NCBI RefSeq assembly: GCF_964204645.1
Contig: NC_134025.1
Span: 2,480,001 to 2,544,000, forward strand
DNA length: 64,000 nt
Reading direction: 5' to 3'
DNA from: Tubulanus polymorphus
Lineage: Eukaryota; Animalia; Nemertea
Shown here: in pieces, positions 13,366 through 26,419 of the stretch
How positions within the stretch are numbered: position 1 is the first letter of the stretch
How the letters are laid out: each line of letters opens with the position of its first letter
Position numbers and translations under genes: made by a program
The notes under the pieces: generated by a model
Databases searched by the model: none
Seen by the model: the letters and a program-made list of their open reading frames with translations, nothing else
Told to the model about the DNA's origin: nothing

Positions 13366-16300
13366 ATGGAAAAGTCAACATCGCATTTACTTCTATCATT
13401 CATTTCATTCTTTTGTTTATTTCCAACTATATCGACTTCTGGAGGCAGTGGTATGTATACATATATTTCTTGATTTATCTAGTTACTAAATTCATCAGGC
13501 ATTCTACTTATTTACTTGTGCAAATATGCAAATATTGTTGATTTACATACGGCCGAAATACGCTGTTATTAAGTCCTCGAAATTACTGAATCTTTCAACT
13601 AAGACTATCATACACAGAGCCGTGTCTTTTGCTTGTCTACACAGAGGACTTCTTGGTTCTACGTCTTTTGAATAAACAGTTTCTCAGCTTTGTATTTATA
13701 TTGTCAGAGGCATCCATGACATCAATAATTCACTTAGAAAGTAGATACCATTTCTATTGGAAATGTTCGTTTTGAATGTGATAAACATATAACATATGAA
13801 GTTTCAATAGTACGAACATATGACGTATATATATATATATATATTGATATAGCAGCGTGTACAAACACATGTAGTCGTAGACCAGGAAATAATGACTCGT
13901 AATTACCGCGTACTGGATCTGCATAATTTTATAAAATATATATGGAAAAATTGTTTCGTATTATACATTAGCAATCATACTAATCATTTGACTAACATGC
14001 CCTATATTCCACATATGTATAGTTTGATACAACCAGCAGTGCTCGGCGCTATTTTTAATACATGCCTAAATTCTTTTAGCTATTTCCTGTTGTGTATTAC
14101 ATTTTGAAAATTATTTATCGGAATTCATAGTTCGTTTCCGGTGAAACCGTCATCTTTGCCATTATTCGATATTTGCATTTTTTGTATTTGTCAGCGTACG
14201 AAATATCGAAATTGGTCAATGATATAACTAAAACGAACCCAGGTAAACTGATACGACCAGTGAGAAGACATCACGATGCAGTTTCTGTCGAGGTTCATTT
14301 TAAACTGATGAGCATTAAGGGAGTGGTAAGGAACATAATATTACAGTCCATCGACGCATGCCCCGGACAATGAATACAATTTTTGAAAATTATATTACAG
14401 TCCATCGCCGCATGCCCCGGACAATGAATACAATTTTTCATTATAACGACTTATTCTGTCCCGTCTGTTCGCTTACCTCGGGTAGGGTTTATGGGTCCGC
14501 GAGATCCGAGGCAATAGGCATCTATTGTGTATAGTAACGTAACGAGAATACGTATATGTTTCCAAATATATAGGCCTTATAGAATAAGACTTAATCATTT
14601 AAAACTTAGTCAAACCTTAGTCTTAGCCTTTTCTTGCCACTCAGCAATTTATAAAAATCAGATCATTTTGTATGTACTAATTTTGCTTTACGCAAAAGTT
14701 ACCTTTTTGTGGGCAATAAAATACGAATCTGTATCTATATACTTGTACATACGACCCAAGCCTCAAATTGGAGCTACATTGCATCTATTGGTCAATATTA
14801 TTTGCGTTGTAATGATCTACTATTTACTACATATGGGATTTCGGTATATAATGTGCATCAATTATAAATGATTTTCTGGTTAGAAATACACACTCAATTA
14901 TATTCTGAATCTGGTCGTTGTAAGAAATTATCCAATCTCAATTAAATGGCTCCATACGAACAATCCAGTTCAATTTTTCGTGTCTGGAATTTGCTTCCAT
15001 TTTCTTCGTACAGTTTGTGTATTATATCAAATAATTGATTGAGTTTCCAAATCAGAGCATTAAGTGCTCATTGATACTAATCAACTCAGTGAATTTCCTT
15101 TGTTCAGGATGCAAAATCCCAACGATTGGTCCTTACAGCAGAGACAACGCTAGTAAGTAATGTTAGCTAAATCGATCTCATGAATTAATTGGAAAATAAT
15201 TCAGCAAATATCATTGCATTATCTATTTCTATTAAGAACTGGGTGGACAACTATATCAAATGGGATCCAGCTCAATATAACAATATACGGTCATTACTCT
15301 TAGATCAAAATGAGGTGTGGACGCCTGATATCCATTTATACAACAGGTAAACATCAGAACCTTCGGAACCTTTAAAACTCAGCATCGAACACTAACAAAA
15401 TGGTATTAACGACATATTTCTGGTTTGATTATATATAGTCTTGATTCTGGAGATCAACCATCGTGTTCGGGTTTAGTGCGATATAGTTCTAATGGAAAAG
15501 CTCAATGTCGACAGAGACGACAGTTTTCCGCGTTCTGTCCGGTTAGTCTCCGGAAATTTCCATTTGATGAACATCGATGTATTCTCAAGTTTCTCTCCAT
15601 GACACAAGATGGATATATGGTAAGTTCTAAATCCCCCATTAGCGAAGGCTTTACTTCGATGGTCATTACTTCTATCATATTTACCCATTAGACTAACTCA
15701 CTGATCTATTAGTGCCACTCCAGTCTACCACTAAGATAATCAGTGAAATTTCATTTGTTTTTAAGGTCGATGTTTACGCCATGGACACTGATATAAACTT
15801 TGAGAAGTATTTACCGAGTCGTGACTGGATTGTATCAAACTCCAGCGCTAAGAGAGAAGTTATTTATTACTCATGTTGCGTGGAGCCATTTCCTGAAGTG
15901 AACTATAATATAACCATTAAACGACAATCAGCAGCGTACGGTCTCACATTCGTCGCTCCCGGTGTAGTGTTAGCCTTACTGGTGCCGTTCGTGTTCTTAT
16001 CCTTACCGTTTACTGGAGATAAAACTGGTTTGGGTGCGTGGTTTAAATCCGTTCAAAGAATTGATAACGGATTAATCTTTATGAATTTTTAATTGCGATA
16101 GATATTCTACTTTGGATGAAATGTTTCTATTTTAAGCTGCATCGATCCAAGTTTCCTACATATTACTGGTCGTAGCTATGATGCAAGTAGAACCAGCTAT
16201 CATTAGTAGTGTACCGTATATAGGTAAAGGAACAATTAAATGATTATAGAAATATGCACCGAACTGAAGGCGTTTGTCACTGTCACTGTCCCCCAACATC

Positions 16301-17067
16301 CATTTTACTAAGCCTTCAGCATTCAGCCTGCCCCACAAGTAAAGGTGTCCCTTGCTTCATGGTGGGCAGGCGTTTCCCCTTTTTATGGTTCCCAGTGAAT
16401 ACGAATTTTTCAAACGAGTTATCATAAATTTATTGAGGCTTCAGTCACACATGCCTTTTTGAAGACGTGCTTAATTGACATTGTCTCACTTTTGACCCGA
16501 ATGAGTGATGGTGTTGATTCATTTGAATGTTTTTATTTCGATTGCTTCTTGCACAACCAAAAGCATCATTTTAGTTAATTTTTGTTGGAATATCTATGAC
16601 TGCAATTATCTTTATTCTAATGAAACTGTTTTTCTCTATCTGTCTAGTGATGTACTACATCGTGAATTTCGTACTGGTTGGAATCTCCCTCGGGATAAGT
16701 TTACTCATAGCGAGCTCGTTCAGAAATTGCAAAAACAAACCTCCAAAATGTTTGAAAAAGGTAAATAACATAAGTATGAAATATTTGTGGAATATTTCTA
16801 TCTAAACCGTTGGCTAAGTATGTTTCTGTTTTGTAGCTCGTAAGGCGCTACATACCTTACAAGAAATGGATCCCTTCCGACGACATGGTACTCGATGACG
16901 TCACATCCGGTACACATTCTCGTAGTCAAGAGAAGAAAAGTTCGCTGAGTCGGGAAGAAATGTGGATCGCACTTGCAATATTAATCGATCGTATATTATT
17001 CTTCGTATTCTTTGCGATATCGTTACTGATAACCATAGCGCTGTTTATATTACCGGCCGTGTTGTAA
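13366..17067 (+). CDS. Divergent nicotinic acetylcholine receptor alpha-like (Cys-loop) subunit, 9 exons
   Basis: Signal exon MEKSTSHLLLSFISFFCLFPTIST (13366-13450). Then LIRPV, WVDNYIKWDP, WTPDIHLYN, Cys-loop CPVSLRKFPFDEHRC, loop C YYSCCVEPFPEV, four TM segments and terminal WIALAILIDRILFFVF. Splice phases checked are compatible. Confidence 0.92.
14340..14438. repeat. Intronic direct duplication of ~45 bp
   Basis: ATTACAGTCCATCG(A/C)CGCATGCCCCGGACAATGAATACAATTTTT occurs twice. Confidence 0.9.
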
Positions 17068-17151
17068 TGTGGAACCTCCAATGCTACTGTGGTAATCGAG
17101 GATTCCACTTATGGGCAATCAATGATTCACTAGGTGTCGCTAGTAGTTACT
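17068..17151 (+). repeat. Dispersed ~85-bp element, copy A (3' UTR of the receptor gene)
   Basis: Shares an identical 23-nt core GCTACTGTGGTAATCGAGGATTC and flanking similarity with the reverse complement of 32462-32545. Confidence 0.85.
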
Positions 17152-17759
17152 CGGTCTTCCGCATTTAAATTTCCCAGCATTTTTAGTTAAATTCGAATGA
17201 ACCTTTCTCTTCAGTAAATCGTTTTTGAATGAAAACGATACCAGTCACTGAATAGAAAAATCAATTAATGTATATTTGGTGGGTCCTGTGATAATGTTTG
17301 GATTCGGGAACCTAAAATTTTACTTGAAAGTTGAAGATAATGAACTAATTTTGACAGCATAAGACTGAGTGCTCGGCCGCCATCTTGCGGGAAAGCTGGT
17401 ATTGCGGTTGCCACTGAACTCGAACTGCGCGAATGTAGGAAGTCGACGAGCGGTTACGTCAATTTTTCCATCTTTCGTATTATCTTAAACTCAATGGACC
17501 TCATTTTCATTAGATTTGTGAAAACCATTAAATTCAGTAATAACTCGACTTTCATTTGGATTCGTCAGGTTATTTAACACACGTATTAATAATGTATTTT
17601 ACATTTATCAAGCATAATAAACATTTTTAATTAAAGTTTTATTTTCAAGTGTAACAAAATTTTGAATAGAGGAGTTGTAGAGGATTCGTATTGATCTTTG
17701 TGGGTTGCAATTGATGTCATAAAAAATACACCACTAGTGTATATATAGTGGCTTCATGA

Positions 17760-17910
17760 TTACCCGATGAAGCTAATAAACGCTAGCAGGGAAAGGTCGC
17801 ATTTTCAACAGAAATCAAGTTTGAGATACAAAGAACTACCTAGTGCCTCTAATGTCAAGAAATATAGGAGCTTTCGCTACTAGTGTATATATATTAGCTT
17901 CATCAGGTAA
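17760..17910. mobile_element. MITE with ~19-bp terminal inverted repeats
   Basis: TTACCCGATGAAGCTAATA ... TATTAGCTTCATCAGGTAA. Related ends occur at 9911-10076 and ~52055-52085. Confidence 0.7.
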
Positions 17911-20900
17911 ATGAGTAAGTTACTATTACTAACAGTCTTCACGTTTACGGAATTTTGTGCTAGGTGGCATAACAATCGTTACCTCAATGGAGACGACAAT
18001 TTTGCAAACGGAATATTTGAGACGATTCAAAAACTTTATTTTCGTGAATTATGTATTCCCAATTCATACTACTTTCGTAGATTCTCAACCTAATGTTCGT
18101 TTATTACCACCGCAAAAATTGTAAGAGATCGAGTTCATTAATCCACGGTGAAAGTCGAACGAAATGACGTCAATTAACTTACATCCTACGCATCCGATGT
18201 TTATTTAATCGAGGTCATGAAATACGGTGATCTCGGAGGAAATTAATTAGTTTATAGATTTCTGTTTCTCTCAGAAACTGAAATGGATATATCTGGTTTT
18301 TATCTTTTATTTATCGTCTGAAGGAACCTTGATAAAAGAGAATCGGTTATTAGATGTGTTCGTGTCCAATATTCTTCCGTAATTTCTCATACACGCGACA
18401 TTTGCACTTAATAATTAACCTTAAGTGCGGAGCAGACTTTAAAGTATATCCGAAGAAATCGACCTTCAAACAGAGGGCTTGACCGGAAAATTTAGCTCTT
18501 GTCTCAATTAACTAGTGAATAATGTTCATATTTTGTGTCCATTGATTCGTTGATTTCCATTAACCACATTTGAGTTAAATTATGAATAACAAATATAATG
18601 TTCGATGAAACACTTTACGTCTTGTAAAGATTACCCGGTAAATCTAACAGAATGAAAAAGCAGTCAAAAATTTTAACTTCGATTAATGATTTATTTCAAG
18701 GTTACGACTGTGTCCTTATAGTACCATCATATATATATATATATCTGGTCCATCGCATAATTCGGTATATATCTGACGATGACTACAAGAAGTCACAATG
18801 TTAGAATAAACAGGGCTGCGAACTTGTGAAAGCACTATCAGTAACAAGTTGAATATTTTCAGTGACATTTCGTTGAAATATGAAAGAAAATATTCAAATT
18901 AATCAGTAATCATTAGTTAAACCGTCAGTAACATCTTTCATATTTCTGTATACATCAGAAAAATCAAATTAGTATTTCTTGTTATAGAATAGTAACAAAT
19001 AACAAATACTGATAATCAGGAACAGTTGCAGCTCTGAATAAATCATTACCTCAAACAAACATTTCGAACTCCTTTGTTCTTGCGAAGTGTAAGATTTTAT
19101 ATCATAGGTTAGAAAACAATTATTAGATATGTTTTGCCGTGTAGATGACACATTCTGTATAAACGACACCTGGACAAATATTTACCAGTACTGTCGCATT
19201 TCAACCGCAATCGCACGCAAGTATTGTATTTGGATATAGGATTGACCACGTAAATGTAAATGATTGATGGGAACTATTTCCACATTAATCGGTTTATCCC
19301 TAGCACTTTGCCAATAACTCATCGAATCCTCCGAAATATTGAGTCATAAAGACAATAATATATTCACAGACTGTTTATGTGTAAAATTAGATTATTTTAT
19401 TTTCAGTTGAGTTTAGTTTTACATTAATAACAAAGATCAAACCTATATAAAGAACTGAATTGATTCATAGTTCATTCAGCTTTACATTAATTCTATGATT
19501 CACGTTAACGATAGAATATTTGAAGGAAGGCGATACATATTGATTTATAATGGAAGCTAAAATTGTGTCCAAATTATCATCGAGAACGCACGTATAAAAC
19601 CATGCGAAGAAAGACCCTCTTCAGATTCACGTATGGGGACTGCTTGTATTTCAGCTTATGGCACAATAATTTCAGTTGTCTGCGAAATGCTTTTGTATTC
19701 AGACGTTTACAAGTAGAACTAGGTAAATACGATATGAATTTTAAGAGCTGTTGCAATCGAGCGCAGCCGATGTCTGAAACGTGTCCCACAGGGAAATCAT
19801 ACGAGATGTAGTCTATAACCAATGAATCTACTTCTGCAGACCTGGAAGTACCATTAAAAGGGAAACGGTACTTTCAAAGCATGCACTAAATGTTTAATCA
19901 ATTTCCATTACACACACAGATGATAAGATTTGCTTCCAATATTTCGAATTTCAGAAAATGAATTATGAACAAATTGCCGTTGTTGAATATAACACACAGA
20001 CTCACATGTAAACACATATATAATCCTTTATTAAAATGCATGTATATTTCTATTGATGAGTTTCATATTTTGATAGACATCTGAGAAACAAAAATTAACC
20101 GATTACATTTTTGTTAATTCTTTGCTTCATAATTACAGCAGAATACCCAACAGCAGTTTTAACACATCTTAAGTTCATCACAACGTTCTTTCGTTCGAGC
20201 ACCTTCGCAACCGTCATCACAACTTTACAATTTCATCAGAAGCGTGTAGAGTAGTTTCAGATGTTTTGTAATATATGTACATACATGAATATAATCTAAA
20301 AGGTTTTTGTGAGATGAAACTAATGCGTTTTTGAGCGATCATTGCGAGTGGTCAGGAAAGACGCGTAGCTCTCTTGATACATTTCACAGCTATATATCAA
20401 TGGACCATATCGTATAATAATACAGTCTTCCAATAGCATTGATTATTATTACCAATGTCTGTCGGAGGTGCTTGCAGAGTAAATATTGAAAATTACCATC
20501 GAAATGATGTATAACACAAAGTGGATGTGATAGGTCGGGTTGCTAACAGCAAGGAGTTTTACTATACACACTTTATGGGCTACAAGACTATGTATAATAG
20601 AAGTCATTACGATAATAGGATATACATCATAAATACAGCTTTCGATATAATCAAATTCAAGGTAAAGGACGGATGAAACAGCAATATCACAATATCTCAG
20701 CAGAAAGATTTCCATCAGGCTACAGGCCTACGCGGATAATTTTCCGCTGAATCGAATAAACAAGGAATAAAAATTCCACCATGTATGTCTTCTTATCCAT
20801 CGTAATTAGATGCAAAATACGGCCACCAAGACAATAAGCCATAGCCGCCCTTCCCTTCCATTATGAATAAGATTAACACGTTGCTATACTAAAATTCTCA

Positions 20901-21152
20901 CGAAACGAAAAACCTACGTTAGGATCTTACGTCTATTAGTAATACTAAGCTGCTAATAGCATCACAGTTGAATACACAGCGGACACCATAATACTTGTCC
21001 TCAAACATTCATCCACGCACCTTCATTCTGGCTTCCTGTGATTATTTCTTTCCATATAAATATCACTATAAAGATTACGGTAACAGTGTTTCTGATAAAT
21101 GATGGTCGTACATATTCGATTGTCAATGATGATAGCATTATTCACTTCCAAC

Positions 21153-21891
21153 TCAACCAGGTGCGATTCTGTTTTTAGGCTTGGCTTTTTTATCACCGAA
21201 AACGTCACTATCCTGTCCACAGCAGTATCGTAATAGGCAACATATTATGAGAAGAGCGGCGATGAAACCTGCTCCTATTCCAAAACCAGTGATCACTTCT
21301 TGAGTAAAAAATCCTTCGTCCGGTGCCTGAAATTCGTTTTAAATATGATGCATGAAATCTAGAGGAAGAATTAGAACCAGGGATATAAGCAGAAATATTC
21401 CCATTGCTATAATCAAATAAAAAAATATCAGAAAATAATTATTTCGGTCGATAAAAAATAAGAGGTTCTTTGGTTTTTGATAAAACCAATTAGAAATTAT
21501 TACTCTGCACGTGGGGCCTACAGTAAGCAAAATAAGTATCGATGTTTTGACATCGAAACCTTGGATACATTATTCAGTGTAGCGGGTATCCCATGTCGCG
21601 TAGCTATCAGTTTAGAAAAGTCGTTTTTGAAGTACCAGCACCACATTCACGTTATTCATAGTGGCATATTGCCAATACCGACAGCGTTTATTTCAAGGTA
21701 AAGAAAGACACAGGACGATATTCAATAGCTAAAACCCTTCACGTTTAACACTCTAGAAAATTCACTTACACTTGCAGATGGGGGCACTTGTTGGGCGACC
21801 TTGGCCTTGGTAGCTGTGGTTGTTGCTGTTGTCGTAGTTGATGGCGTAGTCGATGACGCTGCATATGCGACGGATGGAATTAAGTCTAATA
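21153..21891 (-). CDS. Small mucin-like single-pass membrane protein (5' exon unresolved)
   Basis: Exon 21891-21770 (VLDLIPSVAYAASSTTPSTTTTATTTATK...) splices in phase to exon 21326-21153 (APDEGFFTQEVITGFGIGAGFIAALLIICCLLRYCCGQ...KNRIAPG*). A candidate upstream exon ends at a donor near 22809, but I found no clean start codon. Confidence 0.65.
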
Positions 21892-22414
21892 CTTGTAGAA
21901 GAAACCACATATTCTAGAAAAAAAAAACGATGGGCCCCACTTATGGGATCAGGTATTTCTAAGTATCGCCAATTGGGTAAGATTTTCAAGGATATCCTAT
22001 CGAGGTATTCTGAAATTGTTTAAGCCTGATAAATTCTAAAACTCTATCGTTTCTAAAAGCAATTCACAATCAATTTATGAATATGACGGCTTATAGACTT
22101 CTACTAATGATATGATTAGACTTATATTACGGTGATCGTGTACAGCAGTCAGTTGGAGAGATTAAATTGATTATCGTGTGAAGGGAAACTGTGGTGTTAC
22201 AGTAATAACATAAACAACCTGACGACATTCAATCGTGCGCGACACACACGCAAACCATTGATCATCCTATTAAGGTCACCGAAGTTAAGTAGACCTTTAT
22301 TTCAAGATTTTCAAACCACAGCGACCGGTCGTTGAATATCAGAAGCGATAGCATCACATTTCATAGGAACTTGAATGACAACCTTTATAGTCGGTAACTC
22401 TGTATAATAAGAAT

Positions 22415-22456
22415 ACCTTGGAGTAATCATTTGAAATCAAATGATTACTCCAAGGT
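22415..22456. repeat. Perfect hairpin (20-bp arms)
   Basis: ACCTTGGAGTAATCATTTGA-AA-TCAAATGATTACTCCAAGGT. Confidence 0.9.
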
Positions 22457-23016
22457 GGTTTTATCCACCCCACGATCACATTTCACTATATAAAGCCCCT
22501 GTAACACAATCGTGGGAATAACATTCACATTCGATCAATTAAAACTCATATCAGAATGTGAAATAGGTGAATTATTGTTGAACGACGCAGTTTTAACGAT
22601 AACTCAATAATTCTAATCGACTCATAATGAAATGCAGCTATATTTCATTAATCCAGCACTTTTCGTTTATTCAACAACGTGCTTATCTTCATCGTCATAT
22701 ATATCGACATTTTGAAGGATCGTTTCGGTGAATGATTAAGAAAATCTAATTAGATTAATTAGAACTGTTTTCACGCAACAGCAGAATCATCAATTACATG
22801 TACTTTACCTTCACTGAGAAAATAATGATCAATATAACGATATGATATCCAGCGTATTTTCACTTATGCCGGCAATTTGTCTCGAATTATACATTCTATC
22901 CGAGTTGTTTTGAAGCGATGAAGTTAGCGAGCTAGACGAGACGAGTGCTTCCTTACTTATAACGGCTATACTTAAATCAACTCGATCACGCTACAACCTA
23001 GCACCGGTTGTGATCC

Positions 23017-23029
23017 GTTACTTAGCAAC
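23017..23029. promoter_or_regulatory. RFX X-box-like motif
   Basis: GTTACTTAGCAAC, just upstream of the candidate first exon of the small membrane-protein gene. Confidence 0.4.
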
Positions 23030-23606
23030 CCAGCATCTCCGGTCGACGAAACCTTCCTCTTGAACGGCTGCAGTTGAACTCTGACGGAGCGCATGAATAT
23101 TAGATCGAATCAGTGTGACGGTTCAAGTTGATGCGAGGATTGTTTCTGTTGATTAACGGTAAACAATTTGACCGTTCGCGTTTTATATCGTTATAGAGAA
23201 TACGCCTTACGAGAATACGTACATACCTGTACGTATTAACTTGTGACCAAAGACGAAGGAGAAATGAAGACTTCTGTTTCTTTATCTATTTTTTTGGTTT
23301 TAAATAGAGAAGAACATCTCCAGAAATTAATGAATGAGAGGACCCTTTAAACCCATCGATCAAGTGGGCCTCGGTATTGCAGGGCGAGATGAAAAACGAA
23401 ACGGCCGTAAGACACTGCAAATTGGCGATCATAAGGCACAGAGAAAGGATTCAGTCGCAACACAAACGGGAAAATTGACGAATTGCTGTTTTGCGGAGAT
23501 AGTCTTAATACAGTGAAATATCCACTTTGTGTTGTTTAAATCTACTGGAGATGATTTAAAGTTATATGAGATGAGTGTGTCGGAAGACCCTTCAAATAGT
23601 ACGCAC

Positions 23607-23725
23607 AAAGCCCGCACCAACACAAACCAGCCCTCGCATGCCATGGTTTGATTGCCTCCCGCCAAAGCCTGCACCAACCCAAACCAGCCCTCGCAGGCGA
23701 GGGTTTGGTTGCCTCCCGCCAAAGC
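23607..23725. repeat. Tandem ~57-bp duplication within a probable transposon remnant
   Basis: AAAGCC(C/T)GCACCAAC(A/C)CAAACCAGCCCTCGCA...GGTTTG(A/G)TTGCCTCCCGCC occurs twice. Confidence 0.8.
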
Positions 23726-24917
23726 TGGCGCGAACATAAACCCTGGCTGCAAACACTTCATCGATCTCACCGCCCGAGATTTCTTGGGCGGAAAGGTCGC
23801 TATTAAGTGGCCACCAGTTTATGTATTAAGCCAATCAGATGCGTTGTTTTTCACCGGCAGATTTGCTATGCATCTGATTGACAAGATACTAATCATTTTA
23901 TTAGAAACACCAACATCTCATTAATATATACGATGAACCTGAACGTAGTACTTCCAAAGTATCCAAGTTATACTTCTGATCGGCGTGGTGCGTGCAATGG
24001 ACGCAAACAACGCGCACTAATAAAAGTTAGCACATCTATTATTGATACGGGGTGATTCCTAGTTACTAAGAGACGAACATCAAATTACTCAACCAGATAT
24101 GTATGTAATGTATCTAATGTCAGGTCATGTTACTCATTTGGACGGTTATAACCGAGCATTGCGTCGTTAATTCGTACTAAATTCATGTGGATTTACTTAA
24201 AGGACTATATACATTGTTTATGTTAGAGAAATACTTCCAAGAATATCGAATAAAGAAATAAGTAGAATTGCCACAATCGGATGCGGCGAATCGATGATTA
24301 AAAGCCACTCACTACATCTAACATTAAGAAATGTGATTCATTATCGAAAGTTTCGTCGAAGACGTGAAATTTTCATCTTCAGGTGTGACGTCAAGGGAGG
24401 CTACCTGATGATGGTCTCCAGCGGGAGGCCGAAAAACAGTTTCCATTAGATTTTTGGATCTTCGATAATCAATTTCGTTTTTAAAGATAATTTTGCATGA
24501 AGCGGGCTATTACAAAATTTACGATGATCACACGGGAGATCGGAATACAGCGTAAGTGAAGTGAAATCTAAACGCTGTATCATGTAAGTATATGGATAGG
24601 TTTTACAAACACACAAAAACCGCCGGTTGTGATCTTCGATGGAAAAGAATGAAATCGGGTACAGTCACCACTTGGCATGGTCCAAAGTTGTTACAGCCTG
24701 TGGGCTCTGTGACTGCACCCTTACTTAACGATGTAAACTCCGCATTTATATTGATAATTTCATTATCATTACGTGAAAAATAAATGATATTATATTAATT
24801 CCTTGAAATCAGTACGTGAAGTTTATCTGCATCATCACAAGTGTTAATTCAAGTTTCCGCCGCGAATTAGATACCCGGAACTGCATAACAGATTGACACA
24901 TAGTGACATAACGCAAA

Positions 24918-25947
24918 ATGGACAGCGACTCCGCCGAGATGGGGTCTGATGTAAGACGAAAAAGACTTGACGAATTATTCGTGACAAATCCGACACAGAG
25001 TGGGTCACCGTCCGTATCGCCGAGAAAATCTTCACCTTCTCCGGTTCTACCCTCGCCAAGGGTTTACCCGTCTTACGGTAAACCCGTTGCACCCGGGTAT
25101 ACGACGAATACTCGATTGTCGTGGATACATGAACTAGAAATACAATCATCGACGTCGAATCGTAGTTTGAAAGAATCAATACCGATCATGCCGAAATCTT
25201 TAGCTGTCATATGTTTCTTATTCAATATTACAGTACCCGGCTTAGGTAAGTCTTTTCATTTTAATGCCATCAGGACTATGGAAAATTATGATTGAATAAC
25301 CAGTCCACCATCTTTTGATCTTAGGTACATTTCTTGCTGGTTTAAGTCTATTTTGTTGTGGAAAACCACGTCTCATAGAGGAAGATGACGTCACGGGTTT
25401 CTTGAATAATACATGGACTGCATTGTTACAGTTACTTAGTACTCCTTTATTGTTGATTGGTTGGATATGGAGCGTTGTTTGGGGTGTTCTTTTTTTGAAA
25501 CTTTCAGGTTAGTAGATTTGCCTTGATTGAATTTGTGAAAAGTTATATATATTCTGTACATTACAAACTAGAAATTCTCGCAATCTTTTAGTAAGTGAAC
25601 CCCTTGATTATGGAGGAAACGGAAGCACTGCACAATCGAGAAGGTCAACAGATGACCAATCAGAGGAGCCGCCCATGATCGTTCTCCAAGAGGCACCGGT
25701 CACGTGTTCAGTGGCGACAATACAGGCGACACGTGATCTGCAGAGGTTAAATCTACGTCACCAACGAAATGGTCGTAACAGACAAATTATTGATAATCGG
25801 TTGGACTTTTTACGGGAAGGGACGATGGATGACTTAGTGAGAGTGAGTGCAGCGGTGTTTGGAATGAGTATGATTTCAGATGATAATACCGCTGCTGCTG
25901 CTGGACCGAGTCAGGAAATACAACATCCGTCACAATCATCGAAATAA
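24918..25947 (+). CDS. stum: Stum/SPEC3 family membrane protein, 3 coding exons
   Basis: IPIMPKSLAVICFLFNITVPGLG|TFLAGLSLFCCG...ALLQLLSTPLLLIGWIWSVVWG is the Stum/SPEC3 signature. Exons lie at ~24918-25246, ~25326-25507 and ~25592-25947. Confidence 0.9.
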
Positions 25948-26419
25948 CAGTATATTATATGCGATGTTTTCTTTGAATATATAATCGTTTTTCGTGCTCC
26001 CAGGAATGTTTGTATCAAACATAATCGACAACATTTATACATTCGTTGAATAAAAGTCTGCAATTCTTGCCACAGACACCATGTTTTTAGGACTAGTAAT
26101 AAGTTCTTGGGGATTAAACGTTACATTAAATCTCACAATAAAAGAAAAACGAGTGTGAAAAGTTTCCTTGAGCTAGAATTCTATTCGACGTTTAGGATAT
26201 TAATAGTGGAAACTTTGAACAAAGCTCAAAGAAATTTTCGGCCCTTTCTTCTTCTTTTTAATTATGGGATTCATCTCATATATTATCGTTCCAACACGGA
26301 CGGAGTGTCTCATCAAGGTTTTTCATATCTTTGTATATACATCGCACGCATTCGCAGATTCATGCACACCATATCTTGTCTCAGTCACAGATTAGAAGAA
26401 TGCAGTCTGACGTTATTTA

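Noticed and set aside
17068-17151. SECIS interpretation of the shared 3' UTR element
   Set aside because: Neither host gene has an in-frame TGA (both end in TAA), and the SECIS core geometry is not evident.
19577-19842. 81-aa ORF with upstream acceptor-like site
   Set aside because: No recognisable domain and no linked upstream exon found, so it cannot be supported as a gene.
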